Positions 44,559-53,919 are shown, numbered from the stretch's first letter. The stretch is DNA of 64,000 nt from Pyrinomonadaceae bacterium (GCA_036506775.1 DASXRE010000287.1:1088-65087); one strand, 5' to 3'. Notes: generated by a model from the sequence alone, not told the origin. Numbers and translations are program-made.

Positions 44559-44659
44559 GCCTCCCTGGAGTGCGGGGACTTGTCACCGCTTTGGCCTAAC
44601 GACGTTGCAGCCGATAGTACCGGACCAAAGCGGTGACAAGTCCCCGCACTCCAGGGAGG
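44559..44659. repeat. Family A repeat with ~27-nt insertion at the palindrome centre
   Basis: CCTCCCTGGAGTGCGGGGACTTGTCACCGCTTTGGCC - taacgacgttgcagccgatagtaccgg - ACCAAAGCGGTGACAAGTCCCCGCACTCCAGGGAGG. Here the arms are perfectly complementary. Confidence 0.9.
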
Positions 44660-44757
44660 TTACTAAGTCCTAACTTGGCGAAGTCGTCTTATCGTCAGGC
44701 CAAACGCAGCCGCAAGTATGCTGTAATGAGCGCCGAATCCCCATGGTAATTACCCCC

Positions 44758-44919
44758 TCACTGGATCAAAACGAAAAAAGGGTAATAGAGCATCAGGAGC
44801 CGGCCTAACACCGCATCGACCGAACCTGAGACAGAGCCGACCACCGCGCCGATAACGAGGAGCAACACCTGAACCGCTAATGCGATACCAAAGTACTTGA
44901 AAAACGTCTTAAACCTCAT
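44758..44919 (-). CDS. Small hydrophobic protein, 53 aa (below ORF-track cutoff)
   Basis: ATG 44919 is preceded by AAGGAG (12 nt upstream). Encodes MRFKTFFKYFGIALAVQVLLLVIGAVVGSVSGSVDAVLGRLLMLYYPFFVLIQ, with two hydrophobic segments. Stop TGA at 44758. Confidence 0.4.
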   Translation of the reverse strand: MRFKTFFKYFGIALAVQVLLLVIGAVVGSVSGSVDAVLGRLLMLYYPFFVLIQ

Positions 44920-45007
44920 CTTCTATTACTACTCCTTGCTACGCGCTCCCTCCATCTCCTATCTTACCTTCCCTGCAATATAGACCAACTAAAGGATTGA
45001 AAACGAG

Positions 45008-46288
45008 ATGATTCATCACGCGGTGTCGCTCGTGGGCTTCGTGGTCTTCGCGAGTGTGGCCTGGCTGCTTTCCAGTAATCGACGTCGCATTGCGTGGAAA
45101 ACGATCGCCTGGGGTGTCGGCCTGCAATTCATTATCGGTCTGATCATCTTTCGCTTGCCGGTTTCGCAGCGAGTCCTGCTCTGGCTCAACGACGCGGTGC
45201 TGGTCCTGCTCAACGCATCGAAGAGCGGTACCGTGTTCCTGCTTGGACCACTGGCAGCGAGCCCCGGAGAGTCAGGCTCAGTTGGCTTCATACTCGTGTT
45301 TCAGGTTCTTCCGGTAGTGATCTTCTTTGCGGCGTTCACTGCAATGCTCTATCACTTGCGCGTGTTGCAGGTGTTCGTGCGACTCTTCGCCATGCTCTTC
45401 CACCGCACGATGAAGATCAGTGGCGCGGAGTCACTCTCGAGTGCGGCGAACATCTTTGTTGGCGTTGAATCGGCGCTCGTCATCCGCCCATACCTGGAGA
45501 AGATGACCCGCTCAGAGTTGCTATTAATATTGACTGCGGGCATGGCCACGGTGGCCTCGAGTGTGCTCGGAGTTTACGTGGCTTTTCTCACCGGTGTGTT
45601 TCCGCAGATCGCTGGACACTTGATATCGGCGTCGATTCTCGCGATTCCTGGTTGCGTAGTCGTCTCCAAGTTGCTCATTCCCGAAACCGAAACGCCGGAA
45701 ACGCTCGTGGCGGTTCCTCCGGAAGACGAATCCGCGCGATCGAAGAATCTGATTGGTGCAATTATCGAGGGAGCGATGGACGGGCTGAAGCTCGCGGCCG
45801 GAATCTCTGCACTGATCATTGCGATTCTGGGAATCGTTGCGCTGTTCGACAAGCTACTCGGAGTCGTAAGTACGTGGTTTGGGATGAGCGAGCCGCTGTC
45901 GATCGTGAGAGTCCTGGGCTGGGTGTTTTATCCGTTCGCGTTTCTGCTCGGTTTACAAACCAGTGACGTTCCGGTCGCGGCGCGCTTGTTGGGTGAACGC
46001 GTAATACTGACTGAGGTTTTCTCCTACAACCATCTCGCACAGCTAATCTCGAGCGGCCAGATCACAGACGGGCGGACGGTCGTGATCATGAGTTACGCAC
46101 TCTGCGGCTTCGCACACGTTGCGGCGATGGCGATCTTTGTCGGCGGCACTGCCGCCCTCGCCCCGTCGCGTCGCGACGATCTCGCGAGTCTTGGTTTGCG
46201 AGCGTTGTTGGCCGCGACCTTGGCGACGCTGATGAACGGGTGTGTAGCGGGGATGTTCAGCAGTGGTGCAGGCGTGTTGACCCGATGA
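45008..46288 (+). CDS. NupC/NupG-family concentrative nucleoside transporter
   Basis: 426 aa, polytopic. CNT-family motifs (FGxxGFIFAFQVLP-like [18 protein letters not shown]; [16 protein letters not shown]; [15 protein letters not shown]). Confidence 0.8.
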   Translation: MIHHAVSLVGFVVFASVAWLLSSNRRRIAWKTIAWGVGLQFIIGLIIFRLPVSQRVLLWLNDAVLVLLNASKSGTVFLLGPLAASPGESGSVGFILVFQVLPVVIFFAAFTAMLYHLRVLQVFVRLFAMLFHRTMKISGAESLSSAANIFVGVESALVIRPYLEKMTRSELLLILTAGMATVASSVLGVYVAFLTGVFPQIAGHLISASILAIPGCVVVSKLLIPETETPETLVAVPPEDESARSKNLIGAIIEGAMDGLKLAAGISALIIAILGIVALFDKLLGVVSTWFGMSEPLSIVRVLGWVFYPFAFLLGLQTSDVPVAARLLGERVILTEVFSYNHLAQLISSGQITDGRTVVIMSYALCGFAHVAAMAIFVGGTAALAPSRRDDLASLGLRALLAATLATLMNGCVAGMFSSGAGVLTR

Positions 46289-46343
46289 GACCGAGATACT
46301 CGGGCAAGTCTTATCCGCGGATTACACAAATGGATTCGAGGCA

Positions 46344-47324
46344 TTACGCGGGCTGATCGACTTCGATTATTACCTTGCCTCGCGCGTGTCCTTCTTCCAA
46401 ATAACGAACAGCATCGTGGACTTCACTCAAGCTGTAGCGCCTGTCGATTACTGGCGTTAATTTCCCTTCGGTCATGAGCGCGGCCAAAACGCTCAGATCC
46501 TTCTGGTTCAGTCTCGCCAGCACGCTGATGAACTTCTGGCTCACGAAGGGCGACCTTACAAGCTCTGTCATTCGAGCGGCCAGTATACCGATCATTGATC
46601 CGTGCAGCGCGATTGCGCCAGCCCCAATATAAATTCCGTTCGGAGTTAAGGCGCGCCTGTGCTCTGAGAACGAATGGTTCGAGACGAGATCGAGAATAAC
46701 GTCGTAGCGTTGGCCATTGCTGGTGAAATCTTCTCGTGTGTAATCAATGACCGTGTCTGCGCCGATGGACCGGACCATTTCCACATTCCTCGTACTGCAA
46801 ACACCAGTAACTTCGGCGCCAAACGTTTTCGCGATCTGTACGGCAAACGTGCCGACTCCGCCGGCGGCGCCATTAATCAAGACCTTCTGGCCCGGCTGAA
46901 CCTGTGCTTTGTCGCGAAATGCCTGCAAGGCGGTGAGTCCGGCCACAGGCACAGACGCTGCTTGGTAGAACGACACGTTAGTCGGTTTGATTGCCAGTGC
47001 TGACTCGCGTGCGCACGCGTATTCGGCAAAGGCCCCGGAGCACGCGCCGAACACCTCGTCGCCCTGCTTGAACTGCGTAACGTTCCTGCCGACAGCTTCG
47101 ACTTCGCCCGCCACATCACGGCCCGGTCGTGTGTTCTTTGCTTTGCTTGCGGTCGAGATTACGCGACGGAGAAAAGCATGTCCTAACAAGTGGTAGTCAA
47201 GTGGATTGACTGACGCCGCGCGAACTTTGATTAAGATCTCGTCGTCCGCGGGAACGGGCTTTTCAATCTCTGCTAACTCGAGCACATCACCCGAACCGCT
47301 GTTGTGGTAGACGATTGCTTTCAT
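46344..47324 (-). CDS. NAD(P)-dependent medium-chain dehydrogenase/reductase (quinone oxidoreductase-like)
   Basis: 326 aa. GroES-like N-terminus and a Rossmann motif VLINGAAGGVGTFAVQIAK. No structural-zinc Cys cluster. Confidence 0.8.
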   Translation of the reverse strand: MKAIVYHNSGSGDVLELAEIEKPVPADDEILIKVRAASVNPLDYHLLGHAFLRRVISTASKAKNTRPGRDVAGEVEAVGRNVTQFKQGDEVFGACSGAFAEYACARESALAIKPTNVSFYQAASVPVAGLTALQAFRDKAQVQPGQKVLINGAAGGVGTFAVQIAKTFGAEVTGVCSTRNVEMVRSIGADTVIDYTREDFTSNGQRYDVILDLVSNHSFSEHRRALTPNGIYIGAGAIALHGSMIGILAARMTELVRSPFVSQKFISVLARLNQKDLSVLAALMTEGKLTPVIDRRYSLSEVHDAVRYLEEGHARGKVIIEVDQPA

Positions 47325-47483
47325 CAGTGGTAGTGGTACGAGAGCAAGCGAGTTGAGGTTTCGATTGTGGATTCGCCGCTACGCCATGTGCCATGAACTG
47401 AATCGTCATGTTTTTGCGTTTGCTACGTGTTGGGTCTTTCGTAGAAATGCTATATAACGACAGATAAATAGAGGAGATAAGGC

Positions 47484-47783
47484 ATGGTTACAGTAGGATT
47501 GCTCGTACGGCTCGAGGCGAAACCCGGAAAGGAAGCAGAGGTTGAGAGTTTCCTTAACAGCGGGTTGGCGGTGGTCCAGGAAGAACCGGATACAACGGCT
47601 TGGTTCGCAATCCGCATGGGCCGATCAACGTTTGGCATCTTCGACGCGTTCCCGGATGAGTCGGGGCGGCAGGCACATCTCACGGGCAGAGTGGCAGCGG
47701 CACTAATGGCAAAAGCATCCGATCTGTTCGCACAGCCACCAGTGATCGAGAAGGTTGATGTGCTCGCAGTAAAACTACCCTAA
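47484..47783 (+). CDS. ABM-domain (antibiotic biosynthesis monooxygenase-like) protein
   Basis: 99 aa with a ferredoxin-like dimeric alpha+beta pattern (VGLLVRLEAKPGKEAEVESFL ... WFAIRMG..TFGIFDAF). Confidence 0.7.
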   Translation: MVTVGLLVRLEAKPGKEAEVESFLNSGLAVVQEEPDTTAWFAIRMGRSTFGIFDAFPDESGRQAHLTGRVAAALMAKASDLFAQPPVIEKVDVLAVKLP

Positions 47784-47970
47784 AGCTAGCGACTACTGAC
47801 GGCGTGTCTGAGCTTGCGGACATTCTCAAAGGGACCAAAGCGCGCTAGATAAGTTGCAGTTTGGCTCCTGGATGATTTCGCAACCGCGGCAGGCGTTCCC
47901 GCAGTTTGGAAGCAGAATAATGCTGCGAAGCGTTGCAAAACACAGAATGGGTTCTCTATCTTACGTGGCA

Positions 47971-48636
47971 TCAGCGGACGTGATTCGATTCAGGTGCTTT
48001 ACGATTCCTGAGCATGCGCCTGACCTCTTCTAGCCGGTACGGAGGGTAGTGTAGATGAACGACCCTATGGCAATTCGCGCAAAGGATGGCCAGATCTTCT
48101 AGTCGTGTGGTAACGAGTTGTTCGGCTTCAGCTAGTGGGACAAGATGATGCACCTCGCAATACTCTCCCGCGTGCCTTCCATAGGCTCGGGCGAATGAGA
48201 AGCCACATACCTCGCAATGAAGTGAAGCTGCCTGTCTTTTCTTCTTGCGAATGAGTGCCTTATTACGCTCGCGCTGAAGATGGGCTATCAGCCTGCGACG
48301 ACCTTCGATCGCGGTTGAGGATGGTTTGTGAATATCGACATCAATTGTTGGCATCGTTGATGACGACAGTTTCCCGCGCGAATGAATCACTTGAACGTAC
48401 CCCGGTATGGCTGAGATACCTGGTCTGCGGATGTGAACATGCTTTGCAATCCTCAAGTACGGAGACCTGAGAAATTCTTTCTTTGTAGTGAATACGACGT
48501 ACCCGTTCTGATCGAATAGAGCGCCGGGGAACCTCTTGAGTTGGTGATACCAATGGCCGTCATGTATGTAGAGAGCATGAGCGGCACCTACACGCCACCG
48601 TTTATTTAGGTCTGCGCCAGTGGTTTGTTTGGCCAT
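47971..48636 (-). CDS. HNH endonuclease (McrA-like C-terminus) with unassigned N-terminal domain
   Basis: C-terminal CEVCGFSF ... YCEVHHLVPL ... LAILCANCHRVVH (CxxC..HH..N..CxxCH). The N-terminal ~110 aa are not recognisable. Confidence 0.8.
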   Translation of the reverse strand: MAKQTTGADLNKRWRVGAAHALYIHDGHWYHQLKRFPGALFDQNGYVVFTTKKEFLRSPYLRIAKHVHIRRPGISAIPGYVQVIHSRGKLSSSTMPTIDVDIHKPSSTAIEGRRRLIAHLQRERNKALIRKKKRQAASLHCEVCGFSFARAYGRHAGEYCEVHHLVPLAEAEQLVTTRLEDLAILCANCHRVVHLHYPPYRLEEVRRMLRNRKAPESNHVR

Positions 48637-49032
48637 AAGAGAAATCGCTGCGGATTCTAAATTGGGTTTTCGTCACGTTGTGAGCCACGAGGATTTGGGA
48701 TTAAAAGCGATCTCGCAACGAATTAGGGCAGGCTTATACACCGGCCAGCGTAGGAGAAGCAAGAGGTTTTGTATTTCAGATTGTTTGTGCCCGACGAGTC
48801 ACAGATCAGTCGGGAGGATTTTAGACTCGGAGAACGTCAGCGCAGCACAGTGGCGCCATTCGAAGGCTGCGGTGAAGTATACCCTCACAATGGGAGTACG
48901 GCTCCTCTTTCAAGTATGTTTTAACAGCTAACGATGGCGCTTGCCGATTCACTTGGTCTAATGGTGATCACAGAAACACCATCATGATCTTCGATGGACC
49001 CAGCACGATCGCCCGAAGCTTTACTTTGCATC

Positions 49033-50232
49033 TCACGCCGCTTTCCGAAACTCCATCACGACCTCGCGACGCATACGACTGTCAAGTGCGCTTTCATCTC
49101 CAGCGGCCGAAGGAGGAGGCAGATATCTTCTATTTGCGGGCAGGCGACGAGAGTGTCGTGACACCAACGAAAGGCCGTGCCGATGCGCCAAAACAGAAAC
49201 GATTCGGGAATTGCGGATGAATGTTCCTCTTATGGTCGAATCGCCAACGACGTAGACCGCAAGAGCTCCAGATCGTAACACGCGCGCCGTTTCACTGATC
49301 GCTTGATTCATGTCCCAAATATACTGGCACAATAACCGCTGATCGCGAGTGCTAAGGCGAGGTGTCAATCGTAAGTTTGTAATAATCGATCGCACCCATT
49401 CTGCCGCTATCGCTTCTGGTGAGGCTGATTCCGCGCCGATATTTTCGCCACGGATCTTGCGAAGCTCTGATACGTTGTATCCCATCCAGACCAGCGAAAA
49501 CTTACTACAACGCAAGTAATCAATTGCGTTCAAATAAGGAGGCGACGTGACTACAATGTCTATGGAATTATCATCGATGTCCAATTGTCGCGCGTCTCCC
49601 TCCGAAACTCGAGGCGGTGGTCCAAGTCGTTCAGCCCCTCTTTGAGGACAATTTGAGACAACCACGTCAACCGTTGCGAGGAACTTATTAAATGGCTTTA
49701 TCGGTGCACGCCTGAATTTCTTATGCGGTCTGCTGTGGGAGAGATCCATAGCAAGGGAGGCTCCAGCCTGCTTAGTAATGATAAGACGGGAGAAACCGCA
49801 CCAAAGAACCTCGCGTATACGTTCGTCGCGAACACGGCTAATCGCGGTTGCAAGAGAGGCCAATTGCCGACGCGCATAATCATCGAACCAATACCGAATG
49901 AACTTTCGAGTATCAGCGTCAGCATTCTTCGGATATGCAGCGGCGATGGTGAGCGTTCGAAACAGAGTCTTCGCACGTTGTAGTACCTCATCAGCCTTTA
50001 GAAGAACCGCCTGACGATCAATGGTTGTTGTCCAGACGCGCGCAAGTAATACAGCTAATGGATCGGAATCGACTCCAATCGCTCTATGACCTTCAGCGCG
50101 TGCGATGGCAAGAACAGTACCCGAACCCATCATCGGATCCAGCAACCGGGCAGAGCCCTCCAAGCCATGAAGCGACTTAAGGACAATACCTGGTGCCATT
50201 CGTGCGGGGAAGGGATGTATAGGTTTAATCAT
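49033..50232 (-). CDS. DNA N6-adenine/N4-cytosine methyltransferase
   Basis: IHPFPARMAP opening, AdoMet motif I LDPMMGSGT, catalytic motif IV VVTSPPY ~190 aa later. The order I-TRD-IV suggests an alpha-class enzyme. Confidence 0.85.
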   Translation of the reverse strand: MIKPIHPFPARMAPGIVLKSLHGLEGSARLLDPMMGSGTVLAIARAEGHRAIGVDSDPLAVLLARVWTTTIDRQAVLLKADEVLQRAKTLFRTLTIAAAYPKNADADTRKFIRYWFDDYARRQLASLATAISRVRDERIREVLWCGFSRLIITKQAGASLAMDLSHSRPHKKFRRAPIKPFNKFLATVDVVVSNCPQRGAERLGPPPRVSEGDARQLDIDDNSIDIVVTSPPYLNAIDYLRCSKFSLVWMGYNVSELRKIRGENIGAESASPEAIAAEWVRSIITNLRLTPRLSTRDQRLLCQYIWDMNQAISETARVLRSGALAVYVVGDSTIRGTFIRNSRIVSVLAHRHGLSLVSRHSRRLPANRRYLPPPSAAGDESALDSRMRREVVMEFRKAA

Positions 50233-50241
50233 GAGTCCAAG

Positions 50242-52896
50242 CTAACCAAGTGTGCTTTTGTCGGGATCATTGTGAAGATTCTCTAACTGAGCTTTCACTG
50301 CCGCTGCCACCCGCTCGGGGCTAGCATTGACCACAATCTTATCGCTGTCTACGCCGACGAGGTCTGGCACAAGAATGGAAAGTCCCTTAGCTACTGCAAT
50401 GACCTCGTCATCCCTTACCGTGACAGCGTTGAATACAGTCCTACACTGGTATGCTATCAACGACGCCGCTAAGACATCGGGAACATCTCCTTTGAGCTTT
50501 TCGAGAGCTTTCAAAAAAATGTCGATCGTCAAATGCCGTTGGTTCTTGACCCATTTCTCCAGATCATCAACCCAAGTTGTGACCTCAGTTGGGTTATGTA
50601 ATTGGAAAACTTCCCGTAATTTCGTCAGCGGTATCGCTCCGTGTTCGACCGTGTATTCGAGCAGCCTTCCGAGATCGCGGGCTGTCATGGGGGTGACATC
50701 CTGCTCCTCGCAACGAGTTGTAATAGCCCCTTCCTCAAAACCTGGCGCAACAACCAATGCATGATCCGCTTTATAGCGATTGCGATGCTCAACCACGCCA
50801 TCTAGTTTGATATTACCCGTCTTGGAAACTTCATTTTTGGAAGACTTTGCGTCGAAAGAAAAGCTATAAAGTGGGGGTGAAGGGTCATCCTTAGTAGGAT
50901 TCGTTAGAGTAGGATACGCGTACGCCGAGGCTATACCCTCAGGTTCCCCAGGCTTTGCGAGATCGCGAACTTGAAATCCAATATATCGCAAAGCATCCGA
51001 TAGCACGGCCTCCATGCGTTTGCTGTTGGTGCTGTCGTGCTGCGTCTGAAGAAGGAGCTTTGCGATGTAGGTTCCCGACTGACGTCGCTGCATTGCGCGA
51101 AAGCGCATTAACTTGTCGCGATACTCTCGAATGTTTTCTAGCGTAGACGGCTCGACTCCGATGTCCAGCGCATAAACATCAGCTAGCAGATCAACCATTG
51201 CGATCGTCCGCATCAGCTCCTTCTCTGCCTTACTACGAGAGTGTTCCGCGACAAAAGGGTGGTCTTTATTTATAACGATCGTATTGTCGGCGATCCGAAA
51301 CTTAACAAAGCTGTCATCGTCGAGTTTTTCATACCGTACCTGCGTAAGAGCATTTTTGATATTATCAGCCGTGTTTTCGCGCCAGGACTTCCAACTTGCC
51401 TCGCGATCATCAATTCCGCTGTCATCAAACAAAAAGCGAACAGATGGCTGTTTTGTTAGAGCTTCGGAGACAACGTTCCGTAGTGGCGAGAGTGAGAGCA
51501 CGCCGAGAGATTTAACAAGAAGATCACCACTGTCAGGGAGTTCGGCATTTTGGTCGCTATCGTAGTAGGTTCTTGCTCGATTGAAGACCTTCCTTAAAAA
51601 GGCTCGAAAGACTTTTAATTCTCTGCGGTCTTGAAACTGTTCTCGATTAATAGTAAGTAGCGGATTTAGCCCATCGGCACGTACCGTCATCCTGAATCTG
51701 GCCCACGCCGCATGACTCAAGTTTTTCTCGCCGAAGCTGGGATCATCCTGATTAACAACACGGCCGAGAACATTGATGTGGAACCCGTTTGAAGCGCCAC
51801 GCTCATCGCTTCTTCCGCCGCTAATCTTATCGACAAAGAGCTTAACGTTGCCGGTGATCATTCCAACGTTTGGGATCTTGACATGGGGCACGGGGGATGT
51901 ACCTGATTCGATAGGTATCACTGTCACAAAAGAAGAATCATTCTCATCTTCAGCACTGGTTTCGTTGTCGGTCTGGTTCAATCGATCTGATTCATCCACC
52001 TCGACAGTAGAAATCTCGAGATCCGGGCCTATTGTCCATTCTTTCAACGTCGGAAGCGCCAATTTTGATGAAAGGAGCAGTTCGCCATTAAGGCGTATCG
52101 CCATTTCGCTTCCAAACGGTAGCGCGGCCTGAAGCATCCGTCGCAGCACTCCAATTTTTAGTTCGCGTCCGGTAGGTTTCAGGTCTGACAAAACAGCGAG
52201 AGTCCAAGTTCCTTGAGCTGGTGCCTTGAGCGAAGTTTTCGGCGCGCCAAACTCGTCATCTCCCAAGTCTGTTTCACTGGGGTGGGGAATGCCCTTTCGG
52301 ATGAGATTTAGCAAAACATCACCATCGAATACATTTTTCAACGCTTCTTCAAGCTCCTGCTCCTCTACCTCGTAAATATCCAATTCAATGTCACTGATAA
52401 GTTTATCCTCTGCGTCATCCTTGAATTGCTCAATATCGTAATTCATCGTCACGCGTCGAATTAGACCATCAGAAGCCTTACAAATGTACGTTAGTTTGTT
52501 TGCCAATACGTACGTTGCCAATTTGCCAATGCCGAATTGACCAATAACCGGCCTACCGTATTGAGTCGGCGTGTTCTTTTTCGGAGAGAACGCTATCCGC
52601 CACAGCAACCGGAGACCTTCTGCATCCATAGACGCCCCGTTATCCAAAACGCACATCGTGGCAGTCATGGCTTTGAGGTCCGTGGAGATGCGAACGTCAA
52701 CGCAATCTGCACCAGCGTCCCAACCATTCGAAATCAATTCTTCGAATGCCTTTTGTGGTGATGAATATAATTGCTCGCTGAAGTGTTCTAGGAATCTGGT
52801 TCCCAGTTCTACCGAGATCTTTTGCCCTGATGAGTGACCAATTGTATCGGGTAGCGGAATGACTTCGTCGTTAATTGCGTGAGATAGGTTGTCCAT
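50242..52896 (-). CDS. GHKL (HATPase_c_3 / MORC-like) ATPase fused to an Mrr-like PD-(D/E)xK nuclease domain
   Basis: N-box FEELISNGWDAGA, G1 VLDNGASMD, G2 GQFGIGKL. Residues ~627-725 read MEAVLSDALRYIGFQV..GEPEGIA..YSFSFDAKSSK..ADHALVVAPGF (an E..E/D..DxK nuclease core). Confidence 0.7.
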   Translation of the reverse strand: MDNLSHAINDEVIPLPDTIGHSSGQKISVELGTRFLEHFSEQLYSSPQKAFEELISNGWDAGADCVDVRISTDLKAMTATMCVLDNGASMDAEGLRLLWRIAFSPKKNTPTQYGRPVIGQFGIGKLATYVLANKLTYICKASDGLIRRVTMNYDIEQFKDDAEDKLISDIELDIYEVEEQELEEALKNVFDGDVLLNLIRKGIPHPSETDLGDDEFGAPKTSLKAPAQGTWTLAVLSDLKPTGRELKIGVLRRMLQAALPFGSEMAIRLNGELLLSSKLALPTLKEWTIGPDLEISTVEVDESDRLNQTDNETSAEDENDSSFVTVIPIESGTSPVPHVKIPNVGMITGNVKLFVDKISGGRSDERGASNGFHINVLGRVVNQDDPSFGEKNLSHAAWARFRMTVRADGLNPLLTINREQFQDRRELKVFRAFLRKVFNRARTYYDSDQNAELPDSGDLLVKSLGVLSLSPLRNVVSEALTKQPSVRFLFDDSGIDDREASWKSWRENTADNIKNALTQVRYEKLDDDSFVKFRIADNTIVINKDHPFVAEHSRSKAEKELMRTIAMVDLLADVYALDIGVEPSTLENIREYRDKLMRFRAMQRRQSGTYIAKLLLQTQHDSTNSKRMEAVLSDALRYIGFQVRDLAKPGEPEGIASAYAYPTLTNPTKDDPSPPLYSFSFDAKSSKNEVSKTGNIKLDGVVEHRNRYKADHALVVAPGFEEGAITTRCEEQDVTPMTARDLGRLLEYTVEHGAIPLTKLREVFQLHNPTEVTTWVDDLEKWVKNQRHLTIDIFLKALEKLKGDVPDVLAASLIAYQCRTVFNAVTVRDDEVIAVAKGLSILVPDLVGVDSDKIVVNASPERVAAAVKAQLENLHNDPDKSTLG

Positions 52897-53052
52897 AGTT
52901 GAGGTTCCTTTCGACCACTCAATCTAATCGAAACGCTTTTGTTCTACAACCTCTTGGAAAATCCATTGAACAGGCACTACTCGCAGTAGCATACTTGAAG
53001 TTCGTGCGATAACCGGTGGTGGGAACCGGTTTAGTGACAATTGATCAGGACA

Positions 53053-53511
53053 TTAGTGTGTGGCACGCCACAACTCGCCCTCAAGTGCTGCAATCTGTGC
53101 GTCGACCATGCCGTTGAGGTTCAACTCGCCGCAGCGAGTGAAGGCAAGGTGCTTCGCTGTGTTCGCAAGTGCTTTCGGTTGGGTGGAGTTTTCGAGCGTC
53201 GACAGCAGGACGAGCAGCGCTGCCGAGGGCTCGTCACCGGCCCGGCAGATCAGATCTGTTAATGCTTCGATCTTTTCTTCGCTTGAATGAACATACAGGT
53301 TATCGATGATGCTTTCACCGGCGTCGACACAGCGCACGAGTTCGGGCAGCTCCGGGTCGTTTATTTCCAAGGCGTAACGGATTACCGCACGGGTTTGTGC
53401 GTCGATCGATTTGTCGTTGATGACTGATTGAGCGCGTCGTTTAAGAGCGTCGCTGATGTGAGATGTTTCTTCCCGCAGTCTTGCACTGCTAAGATTAAGC
53501 ATGACTTTCAT
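53053..53511 (-). CDS. Hypothetical helical protein, first gene of the MTase/GHKL cluster
   Basis: 152-aa ORF on the same strand, 156 nt upstream of the GHKL gene. No motif recognised. Confidence 0.5.
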   Translation of the reverse strand: MKVMLNLSSARLREETSHISDALKRRAQSVINDKSIDAQTRAVIRYALEINDPELPELVRCVDAGESIIDNLYVHSSEEKIEALTDLICRAGDEPSAALLVLLSTLENSTQPKALANTAKHLAFTRCGELNLNGMVDAQIAALEGELWRATH

Positions 53512-53688
53512 CCTTTCACTAGAAGGTTGAGGGTCCCAGGGTCGGCTTTGTGTTACCGCACAAGTCGGCCCGCTTCGTTTTTAGAGTGGGTGGACCAGCA
53601 CTGTAGCGCCGCGATTTTCGCATGTCAATGCAAACTATTCCGAGTTATGCTGGAAGCGAGTTCAAGGATTTGAAATGGAGTCGAGTAA

Positions 53689-53919
53689 ATGAAACTTGCG
53701 CCCGATATGCAAAACGACAACGCTGAGCCAGACGCTACGACCGATCAGAAATTCCTGGAGATGCAGGATCGGATGGAAGCGATTGAGGGCATAAGGCGTG
53801 GGCTCGAAAGTATGAAACGGAACGCAGGCAAGCCGGCAGAAAAGTCCGGAAGTTTTTCGCGAGGTGACGAGTGTTATTACAGTTCGCTGCCGCGCTGTTC
53901 CAGCTCATTAGCGAAGTGA
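53689..53919 (+). CDS. Small hypothetical protein with antitoxin-like motif
   Basis: 76 aa. MEAIEGIRRGLESMKRNAGKPAEK resembles C-terminal segments of ParD/RHH-type antitoxins. The last 43 nt overlap the convergent HepT gene, so the 3-prime end is doubtful. Confidence 0.3.
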   Translation: MKLAPDMQNDNAEPDATTDQKFLEMQDRMEAIEGIRRGLESMKRNAGKPAEKSGSFSRGDECYYSSLPRCSSSLAK

